A DNA stretch of 64,000 nt from Lama glama. Taxonomy: Eukaryota. The position numbers and the translations under genes were made by a program. Where the stretch lies: contig CM052829.1 of assembly GCA_028534125.1 (NCBI GenBank), positions 1,054,001 to 1,118,000 on the forward strand, in the 5' to 3' direction. The notes under the pieces are model-generated. The model did not search any database, had not been told where the DNA came from, and saw only the letters and a program-made list of their open reading frames with translations. Numbering within the stretch: position 1 is the stretch's first letter; every line of letters starts with the position of its first letter. Positions 13,241 through 23,800 of the stretch are shown here, piece by piece.

Positions 13241-14699
13241 TTTAAACCCCTGACGGGAGACGTGCTCCCCCCCCCGCCCCCCCCAGACACAGAGCAGGTG
13301 TGGCCCGTGGAGTTAGTAAACGCAGCGCCTCAGCAGGACTCCCAGCCCCTCCCACTTTGCCTTCCTGTAGGGCAGAAACACTTCTTGTGCGTGTTAACTC
13401 CCAGGAGAGGGCCACCGGAGAATCAGTTCCTAGAACTAAGAGGCACTTGGTGCGTTTATTATCAGTAACAAGTACCAAGTTTCCACTGTGAAAGGAAAAC
13501 GTTCACAAGTGAGAGACCCCGCACTGCGCCCGGGGCGGCCGGTGGGCAGCGGGGTGCGAGGGGCAAGGGCGGTGCACGCGGGCGGCTCCAGCCTCCCCGT
13601 CTCTGCAGAAAGGGGTGATTTATTTTTTTAGTGTCCAACGAGCCCCTGGCTCTTGGTCAAGACTGTAACTCAACATCTGACCTTCAGCGTGTCTGGAATG
13701 CTCAGGGGGACGCTGTGTTTTGTACCCGCTCTCTTTTCAAAGTTTGTTTTTATTTCAAAAATTTAAATTATTAAAAGCAATTTAATTGCTAGATTTAATG
13801 TCTCATCTAAGCAAGCTTGCAAAATTTTAGACTAAGCTTTCCCAGCTTCCCCGACAGTTTAGCTTTAAAGCACATTTGGCGCCTCTGGACAGACATGAAT
13901 TTTTCCTAGACAAGGTCTTCATGGTTTCATTTTGTGACATTTAACTACATGTTTGATGAAGAGACCACAAACCTCACGGACTGCGCGCAGGGCTGTCAGA
14001 GGAGACCCGCTGATTTCGTCCTAGGTCTCAGTGCTGCCAGATGACTTCAGTCAAAACCACACGAATTAAGACAAAAGCTAACCCAGGGGCCAGATGAGGG
14101 GTTTGGAGGCCGCACCAGCTGGTGGGGGGGGTCACCCAGGGCCCCAGGTGACACGGTCACTGCGGCACTGCCCTTTCTAGAAAGGAGCCCGTCCCCAGCC
14201 TGCCACGCGGCCCACCGCGGGCTCGCAGGCTGTGTTGAGAGACGACAGAAACCCTGGTTTAGTAAATATTCCGAGAAGCAGGAAAACCCAGCAGGCAGCG
14301 CTTCCAGGCCCAGCAGCGTCCCCCACCCGCCACATGTCCCCTGGAGACTCAAGGGCAGGCTCTGCCCGCCCAGACCCCTCGGAAGCGGGGACAGCTGTCC
14401 GCCACTGCAGCGGAGAAGAGGGACACCGACCCCGACGCCGCGCTCAGACACTCGGGCAGACACTTCCCACAGGCAGTAGCCTCATGGGAAAGGTCACCTT
14501 GGATCAGTGGGGCTGAGGTCACCCGTTCCTGGGAGGAACTGGAACTTGGAGCAAAATGTGGTCTCCAAACACCTCAGCCAGATGGATTTCTGTGCGCAAA
14601 GCCTCAAACACCCTGCTCAGGGCTGTTACAAAAACAGTGACCCTGAAAGGACCATGCACCCTCCCCTCTCCTGCTCCAGAGCGAGAAGGGCGGACTCTG

Positions 14700-16050
14700 A
14701 GTCTGCAAGGGTGCGGGCGTCCCGCGCTGCGGCTTCTGGTTAAGCGAGGCCGGGACGTGGCCGGATACGGGAGGGGAGGCCCGGGACTCCGGCTGCGATG
14801 ACCTGTCACGCCCCTCCCTCCGCTCCCCACCGCGAGGAGTCCCCCAAACCTGGCGAGATTCAAACTCAAGCTCCTCCAGGTGGAACTCCTCCGTCAGCTT
14901 CTCTCCCTGAACCCAGAGACTCCCTAAAGGCCCCTGCCGGCAGCCCTGCCCCCCCACCTGCGCGCTGGAAGGACTGTCTGAGCCGAGGACGCAGCAGCCC
15001 GGGGCGGCGCGGCGCATCGCAAACCGACCGAGCGGCCGGCCGCGCGGCGTGTCCCCCGTGGCACGGGGCGCGACTGCCGTCTGTCCCTCAGGTTCGGGGA
15101 AGTCGGGGAGCCACGAGCCCGCAGCCTGTGCTGGCAACTGGGGCTTCGACCTGCCACCACCCAGGACACCATGAGCAAACCAAACGCGAAATCTGACGCA
15201 AGCCGAGCCCAGCTCGGCAGAGGGCGGCGTCGGGCTGGGTCCCTTGGAGGGGTGGGGAAGCAAGGACGCGGGGACCCCCAGGAGGGTCCACAGGCAGCCC
15301 AGGTGCTGCGGGCGGTGGCCGCAGGGCAGGCCCGGGGGCGGTGCGCGTGGACGGCCTGCCGGTGCGGCGGGTCCTCCGCCCCGGGAGGGGCCTCGCCCCC
15401 CACCCGACAGGCTCTGCTCTGGAGGCCGCCGTGTCTGCTCCGGTTCCGGAACTCGCCGCGGTGTTTCTCAGCCATCCCTTTGACCGCGCGTGAGGCTCCG
15501 GCCATCCGGCGGGCCCTTTCGGCGGGGCGGCCGCCGGTCACCGAGCACTCGCCGCGAGGCAGAAGGGAGGGCGCCTCTGCCGCCTGTCCACAAGCGCCGG
15601 AGGCGGCGGCTCTGCATTTACCGCGGGGGGGGGGGGCAGCGCCCCCCACGCACGCGCGCCCAGACCCAGCGCTCGGCAGGGCGGCCCGACAGCCCGGTCC
15701 CGCCCCGCCGCCCCGCCGCCCCGCCGCCCCGCCGCCCCGCCGCCCCGCCGCCCCGCCGCCCCGCCGCCCCGCCGCCCCGCTGCCCCGCCTCTTCCTAAGC
15801 AGCTCCACTCCGCCGCCTCCAGAAGACACGCGCTTCCGACGGAGCGCGCCACGCCCCACCCCGCCCCTCACCTGCGCCCCCTCCCCGCCGGCTCAGGCCG
15901 CTGCGGGACGCGCGGGGGCTCCGGGCAGGGTCTGCTGAGCTGCTGGGGCCACTCCCGGCCGCAGCCCCGCGCCTGCGCCCTGCGCCCTTCGCCCTGCGCC
16001 CCCGGTGGCGGACACGTGGGGGGCTCTTTGTGAAGGCACTGCTCCCATTC
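14700..16050. promoter_or_regulatory. CpG island (promoter-like, no identified gene)
   Basis: Very high GC, dense CpG and many GGGCGG boxes. Confidence 0.8.
15701..15789. repeat. (CCCCGCCG)n tandem repeat, ~11 copies
   Basis: Read directly from the sequence. One unit carries C>T at 15781. Confidence 0.95.
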
Positions 16051-16155
16051 ACGAGGGCCCCACCCTCATGACCTCGTCACCCCCTGATTAACCATCACGT
16101 GGCGGAGGGCTTCAGCGTGCAGATCTGGGGGGCACACGAGCATGGAGACCAGAGC
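16010..16155 (-). mobile_element. MLT1A-like LTR fragment
   Basis: aaggcactgctcccattcacgagggccccaccctcatgacct...gcttcagcgtgcagatctggggggcacac. Confidence 0.65.
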
Positions 16156-17362
16156 CCCTCTTTCCTGATTCCGCCACCGTCACGTTCTCCCCTAAGGGCG
16201 TAGCCTGGAGTTCAGTCGCTCGGGTGAGGTGTCTGCCGCGCACTGGCTTCTCTTGTCAGCCCCGCCTCTCTCTCCAGACCTCACGTTGCCACAACACTCT
16301 GTTCTCCACGCAGCCTTCATTTACTTTCTGATTTTGAACTGATTGTGCTTTGTTTTCTCGAAATAGCACTCATGGTTATTTCCGACACAAAATAACAAGC
16401 CTAGCCTTTCAAAATAATGATGTCAAGCACATCCCTACGGTTCCAACAAACGTCGAAAAAGAAAATGCAAAGAACGAGACACATAGCCGTTTCATTTCGC
16501 AATTGCAAGAGAGCTGTTGTTGCCGGGGTTCTGGTCCAAAAAACGCGGCCGTCCGCCTCCCAGGCCTGGGCTTATCAGGTACTGTTCTCAGAATTCTTCT
16601 GGCGGCCCTGCGTCAGCCAGCGCGGCTTCTTTCTCATAACAGAAATATCAAATCATAAATATAATTCCAGACAGGCATGTGATAAATAAACAAAAAGCCC
16701 ACGGCAAGTGAAATTAGAGGATGATTTAAGTTAACTGATATGATGATGAATTTAAACAATGGGTTGGAAATTGTTCTTGCTAAATTTATAACTAAGAATA
16801 TGTTCATATTCTAGACATTGAAATATTAAAAACTAAAGAGTATATTGAATGTGTTCTTTAATTTTTTTCCAATTCAGATTTTCTTATTTTCTACATTGAA
16901 GTATAGCTGATGTATAATATTCTGTAAGTTGCAAGTGTACAATGTAAGGATTCACAATTTTTAAAAGTTACACTCCATTTACAGTTATTATAAACCATCG
17001 GCCATGTTCCCTGTGGTGCACAGCACATCCTTGTAGCTTGTCTTACACAGGGTGGCTCGTACCTCTTAATCCCCTGCCCCACTGCCCCTCCACCAGCACC
17101 CCCCCACTGGTCACCTCAAGTTTGTCCCCCGTATCTGTGAGTCTGCTTCTTTTTTGTTATATTCACTAGTTTGTTTTATTTTTCAGATTCCACATCTAAG
17201 TGGTAAATACCTTAGTTGTCTTTCTCTGTCTGACTTACTTCACTTAGCGTAATGCCCTCCAAGTCCATCCATGTTGCTGCAGGTGGCAACATTTCATTTT
17301 TCGTGGCTGAGTAGTATCCCCTTGTGTGTGTGTGTATACCATATGTATACACACCTCATCTT

Positions 17363-17534
17363 ATTTTCTTTGTATTTGCTAACTGAAGTGTGGTTGATGC
17401 ACAGTGTTTCAGGTGCACAGCAACGTGGTTCAGTTATACACATATATATGTTCTTTTTCAGATTATTTTCCATTATTGGCTATTAAAAGACACTGAGAAT
17501 AGTTCCCTGTGCTGTACAGCAGGTCCATGTTGCC
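17363..17534 (-). mobile_element. Short L1 3'-end nested inside the larger L1
   Basis: A second T-rich L1 3' terminus (...ttcaggtgcacagcaacgtggttcagttataca...agttccctgtgctgtacagcaggtcc), flanked by cacacctcatctt / cacacacatctt. Confidence 0.7.
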
Positions 17535-17654
17535 CACACACATCTTCCTTTCCAGTCATCTGTTGATGGACACTTGATTTGTTTCCAGGTCTTGACAATT
17601 ATCAATAGTGCTGCTGTGAACATTGGGGTGCTTGTGTCTTTTGAATCAGTGTTT

Positions 17655-17846
17655 NNNNNNNNNNNNNNNNNNNNNNNNNNNNNNNNNNNNNNNNNNNNNN
17701 NNNNNNNNNNNNNNNNNNNNNNNNNNNNNNNNNNNNNNNNNNNNNNNNNNNNNNNNNNNNNNNNNNNNNNNNNNNNNNNNNNNNNNNNNNNNNNNNNNNN
17801 NNNNNNNNNNNNNNNNNNNNNNNNNNNNNNNNNNNNNNNNNNNNNN
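17655..17846. other. Assembly gap (192 N)
   Basis: Run of N inside the L1. Both flanks read as L1 sequence. Confidence 1.
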
Positions 17847-20800
17847 TCTGACAGACGTTGCGTGATGTCTCACTGTGGTTTTGATCTGCGTTTCCCTGAT
17901 GATTAGTGACATTGAGCGTCTTTTCATGTGCCTGTTGGCCACCTGCATGTCCTCTTTGGAAAAATGTCAATTTAGGTCTTCCGCCCATTTATTAATAGGT
18001 TGTTTGTTTTTTTGATATTGAGTTATATGAGCTATTTATGTATTTTGGATATTAACCACTTATTGGTCACATCATTTGCAAATATTTTCTGTGTGCTCTA
18101 ATTTTTATGAGTCAATATTTTAACAGCTACAAACATACTAACATTGGTTAACACACTTACACTGTGCCAGGCACTCTTCTGGGTTTTATGAACAATTTCA
18201 TCTTTATTAAAATTTTAATATTACATTTTTAACCTTTAGTTGTGTTTATTAAATATGTAAGCTTCACATCAGCTTATGAAGCAGGCTCTGTTATGACAAA
18301 TGAACTCAGTTTCAGTCGAGGTATAAATTTGTCAGTGAGGGTTTTTGTTTTTTTTTTGGCCGAATCACTCCTGTATCCTTGCGCTCCGTACCTGGCAGCA
18401 AAATTGTCTCCAATTCCCACTCTTTCCTTGTGATCTCCCAAGACCGTTCCAGCATTTAGTTACAGAGTCACAGAGTTGACAAAAAGAATTTTCCAGAAAA
18501 GCCCATGGCATAAAATAGCATAAACTGTTTTCATTTCAGTTACTTCCTTAATTTTGCTAAAATTATTATATTGTTGTAATCATTTTACTACAGAAAAAGG
18601 CCTCCCCCAAATTCTTTACGGAGAGAGAACCCTGACGTCACTTTAATATCCAGCAAGTCTTCAAGGCAAGAAAGGAAACTTGTCCGGGAAACAGGCAGCA
18701 TCTTTGAAGCTAGTCTTGTGATTTTGTGCTTTGGTTCCTCTTGTAAAGACTTACGGGTGAGCTTAGAAGAAACACTTTTCAAACAGCAAAGGACAGCATT
18801 TGGAGGCGCTCTTGCACCTGTCTGCGTTCCTTCCTTACGTCATCCTCCGGGGATCAAGATGAGATCCCGTCCAGAAAGAAATCGTAACAACGTTTGTGTC
18901 AGCCACGCAGGTCAGAGGCGAAATTGCACTCCTGCCCCGGGGGTGAGAACGTTTCGTTTCTGAAATTACTGCCTTGGAGGGTATGAAAGGGTTAAAATCT
19001 GCACCCTCCTTCCAGGAATTCAAGGTGGGGGAGGTTTTGTTCCATCTGTGTTAAGAGAAACGAGAAAACGTCTAAACACAATCCTGTGAGGTGGTGACAC
19101 TCTAAGGACACACGCGGTCCGCGGCAGTCCTCGCCCCTCCTTCACTGCCTGAAGGCGCTGGCTGAGCCCATCTCTTCACGTGGGAGCTTTGACACCTCTG
19201 TGATGGTGTGTGTACCTACAAGAACTCTCTCCTCCATCTCAGAACTGCCCTTTTGGATAATTTTTGAATGACTGATACAGAACTTCCTTGATGTTTATAA
19301 AGGTCCACTGAGGACAATTTGAAAGTTACAGAGAACGAGTAAAAGCCTTTAATGAAATTACCACTTCGTGTCTCAGAAAGTAAAACAGCAGCTTCTAATA
19401 TAAACTCTGTTCTTCATAATCCATCAGAAAATTCTTGCCCACAGCAAGCAGCAGAGCACAGGAATGCAAGTTCAAACAGACCCACAAATCACTTTAGACA
19501 TACTGACTTTTGCTGGGTCTGCAAAGAGTGATTCCAGATTTGGGCTCGAAGGTCCCAGGATGCACGGACAGACTTGGCAAGGAGAAGGGCCATCCTGACG
19601 GAAGACGCAGTATTGTCCAAGAGCTGCCCCAGCAGTTCCTGTCACCGGCAGTCAGGTGACCCTGACATTCAGGGCACTGGGGGCGGGGGGGCGATGAGCC
19701 CAGAGCCGGAGGCCCCCACCGTGGCTGGAGAGAAGCACCCAGACGCTGGACATCTGTGGAAAGCCAGCTGTGTGCCAAGATTTGGCGATGTGGACCCCGG
19801 GGCCGGCTAAAGCTCATAAAGGAAGCTCCTTTGCATCACGTAAGAGCGGAGAACACGCAGACGGGAGCTCTCCAAATTGTCACCCTGGGTGCCATCATTC
19901 TCAGCAAATCGTGCAGCGTGAAAGGAGGGTGCTGGCCGTTCAAGGGGCCTGGGAGCGTATTTTGGGAGGAATAAGACCGAGAGTTTGCTGAACTTCTCAC
20001 TACAGGCCTTACCCCTTCCTGTCCCCTGGAGCGTCCTGCTGGGCCACCTCGGCCGAGACCTCAGGACGCCTTGACCTCTGTGTCCAAAGCGAAACCGAGA
20101 ATTTACAAACAGCAAGGCCTCATTTTAGCCCTGACCCCTCGTTTCCCACCGGGGTCAGGCTCTGCGAGGCTCTGGGGCAGGTTAGGTGAGTCTCCACACT
20201 GTAGCCACAGGCACAGAGATGAGTTTACGAAACCGCGACACCCACAGGCCGCCAGAGCGCTGAGTCCTCACCAAGCGGGGACGTCTCCCGGAACAGCCAC
20301 CTAAAAACGCAAACCATGGCTCTCGCCATGCTGCCTCCCGTCCGCAGCCCGTGTCCTGCCTCCTCCTGACGCCTCTGTGAAGAAGTGACGGTCACGCTTT
20401 ACGGGTCCAGATGCTGGAGTCTGGAGATGCTGCGTAGCCAGCCCGGGCCTCACGCAGAGATACGCGCCCACGTTCACCCCACGCGGGCCCTGCTAGGAGT
20501 TCTTGGGGACGTGGCCACGCAGAGCCACTTCTGCCGTGCTGTGTCACCCGTGGGCTGTGAGCTTCCCGGGACCACTTGGTGGTACTACTTCTTGTGTCTT
20601 TGTGAATCTGAACCTTTAAAAACTAACCACGGTCAGGATAAACCAGTCTTTTCCTAGCAGCATGAGACGGTAGCAGTGGGCGTCATTTTGTGTCTGTGAG
20701 AGGACGGGGCCCAGGCAGGTCCCCGAGGGGCCACGGGAGTGGCAAGAAGTGGTTCTGAGGTCTTGGCACCTGCATTTGACTGTGAAGACCACTTACCTGC

Positions 20801-23800
20801 CTTCATGATATAAATCTCCGTGTCTCAGAGGCTCTTACAGCTTTCCTACCTGCAAAACATAGGTGCGTCCTGAGGACGGCGTGCCCCTCCCCCCGGGCCG
20901 TCCGGGCTGGTGCTTGCTGTCCTCTGCTGCCGTCCTGCTTGATTGTTCTTGCCCCAGGGGATGGTTACCGGTAGTTTCTAAAACGGAGTTGAGCGCAAAC
21001 AGAAGGTCAAAGTGTTAGTGCGCAGTTAGGCAGTGCAGACAAATACGGATTAATTTGGACTAAGAAAGCCAAGGGAGCAGTTGACTGAGAAAGGCCTGTA
21101 AATCCAGATTGTGAAGCACTGGTCACGCTGCGGGTCCAGGGAAAGCTGCCCCCTCCGAGGTGCTGGCAGCCTCGTCGGAGACACTTGGGGGGGTCTTCAC
21201 TTTCCTGCGTCGCTGATCGCGCTGCCCCTGACGTCGGGAGACCTGACTGTCGCAGAGGCCGGTGGGCCTGCCTTTCCAGCCCATCCTTTCTCTCCCGGCT
21301 TTTCCTTCCCACCTCCCGCCGCCGCTTCCCTGCCCACCTTTCCCTGAAATCAGGCTTTTTCTCTGGTGCTCCTCTCAGCCCAGCATCGTCCCGGGCACAT
21401 ACGCCACAGCAAGAAGCGGACGAGTAACAGCACGTCCGCAGGCACCGCGCCGGGGAGGGAGCGCATCCCTGCCCTCCTCTGACGTCCACGTGGATGGGAC
21501 ACGCGCTGAGAAAAATGCGGGGTTTTGAACCAAAATGTGAAGAAGATGTTTCACTTGGCCACACGTAAGCTGAAATAAAAATGACTCCTGAGGCGTGAAC
21601 AGGAAGCTCACCAGGCAAGCTCAGAGCCGAGCCCCACCCAGCCGCCTGCCCGGCCCCCCGGAGAACCGCGACCCGGCTCGGTCCTGGACGCCGTCCCCTG
21701 GTCCGCAGCAGAACCGAGTCGTGGTTTTCACTGATTCAGAGGACGCGAGCTGTTTCTGAGCCCATGTATCTGACTTCTCCGTGTTGAGGGCCGGCCTGAA
21801 GACCAACTGGCCGCACCCGAAGCCCTTACAATTCGGAGAAAGCAGTCTGCTCTCTCCGCTGGCGGTGGCCCGAGCTGGACCTCTTCGCTGGCTATGTCCG
21901 CATTTACTGCTAACTTGACTGGTTACTGGAAACATATGTTTGAAAAAGACACAGGACCAAAGATACACACGCTGATGCAAAAGAAAGAAAGAAAGAAAAA
22001 AGGAAAGGACACAGGCTCAGCCCTCAAGGAACTTGCCTCCCGGTTAGACAGACGTCCGCCAAAAGCGCCAAGTGCTCTCGCCCCAACCCGCGAAGCAGGG
22101 TGGTCGCCGGGGCAGTGCAGGCTCCTGGGAAGGCCCCTCAGCCAGGGCTGACTGCAGAGAGGTCCCCCTCCAGCTTCGGGGAGGATGACAGCCTTACGTC
22201 CAACTGAGCTTCAGAGCACTTTAATATCAGAGAATTAAAGCGCAGACACCAGGCCCAGGGCCTGTGGGCCATCTGCCCACACGGTCCTGCCTGGAAAGGT
22301 CAGGGCGTCCGCCCCAGAGTCACGACCTCAGGACACGGCGTGGACACATGCGGCTCAGACCCTCGTGGCTGGTGGCCGACTGCTGCCGCTGTTGGTGGCT
22401 GCGGTTCAGGGAAGGTGAGCAGGAAGTGGAACCAACATTAAGCACCTCAGAATTTCAGGTAAATGAGCCAAGGACCCCACCAGGCAGACCTGTTTCGTGG
22501 TGAGGAAATGGAGCAGGGAGACACGAAGCGGTTCACGCAGTGACCGCAGGGGCTAGGGCTGGGGTGGGGACTCCCACTTCACCCTTCCGCTTCCAACTCC
22601 CTTTCGTCGTCTTCTAACCAGACTTGTTCAGAGGGTGGATCTTGGAGTCTGTAGAAGACCCGGCCAACACGGGCCGTCGGTGGACTGATTCAGAGCACGT
22701 GGAGGCCCGGCCACACCACCAGCCCTGGCGGCACTGCGCCTGAGCCACAGCACGTGAGGCGTGTCCATGTTAACTCCTCAGGCCGGCCGGCCCAGGCTCT
22801 CCCTGTCAGGGTGCGGGCCACTGGGCCGTCACTGTCTCTTGACCAAGAGCAGCAGGGACAGCTGTCCCCTCGGCCTCAGCGCAGTGTCCCCACAGCCTCT
22901 GCAGCTGCTCCTGTGTCCCACCTGGCCACCCTCCCACCTGGAGGCGCAGGTGCAGCCCACAGGGAAGGAGGCACAGGGCCGCATCCTGGTCTCCAGGCTC
23001 CACGTCTGTCTTGGCACTGGGTGTGCTGGGTGGACAGGCACGAGGGAGGAGGACGCACGGGCTAGAGAGATGCAGGGCTGGAGAAAGTGTCAGGGTCTGG
23101 ACTCCGCCTGCCACCCGGGCAGTGCTGTCCCCAACAGGAAGCTGGCTCAGTGGAGCTGCAGACTCCTTGTAGGAGCCCTCCTGCCCCTTGAGGGGAGCAT
23201 GGAGTCTGGGAAACGGCTGCTGTGCTCAAGGCATGTCTGTATGTTTGCAGGATCAGACGGGGCGGCCAGCATCTCCGCAGAAACCCTAACACACATCTTA
23301 CACGGGCTGTGGGTCTGTGGTACCCACGGTAGACGGTGGGGCCTGCTCCCAGCTCCCGCCCCCACCGCTACCCCTCAGACGCACCACACGGTGGTGTGTG
23401 GCGCGACCCCTCCCTGAGCACTCCCAGCCTCCCCTCCCTCGGTGCGTTTGTAACTCCCATCTTATTGTGTTTTGGGACTAAACACACAGGCATGAAATGC
23501 TATGGTGTGGCGGCCTCTCCTCACTTTCACGGATCATTTGTCTTCACCTCCTTGGAGGACAGAACTATGGTTCCTGTCAAAACCTGAAAATAAGTGGAAT
23601 GTTAACTCCTCATTTTACATGAATTTTAAAAAGTACTTCCTAAAACTTTTATAAATCGTGATGAAAGAGAATAGGCGATCGATCCCGCCTCGTGGTGCTG
23701 TCCCTACGGTCTTGCCTGCGAGCTCTTAATGGTGGCCTTGTGGACGGGTGGGCGGGCGGGCAGCTGTGGCTCTGGGCTCCCCATCCCTCCGGGCTCCCCT

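Larger units (their letters stand above)
16870..18090 (-). mobile_element. 5'-truncated LINE-1 (ORF2 C-terminus plus 3'UTR)
   Basis: Minus-strand translation [26 protein letters not shown] matches L1 ORF2 ([26 protein letters not shown]). Typical L1 3'UTR sequence; T-rich end on the plus strand. Confidence 0.9.

Noticed and set aside
14924-15938. 315 aa and 255 aa ORFs with GAAGRRGG / PPPRRPAA repeats
   Set aside because: Translations of the CpG island and the octamer repeat, with no recognisable domain.
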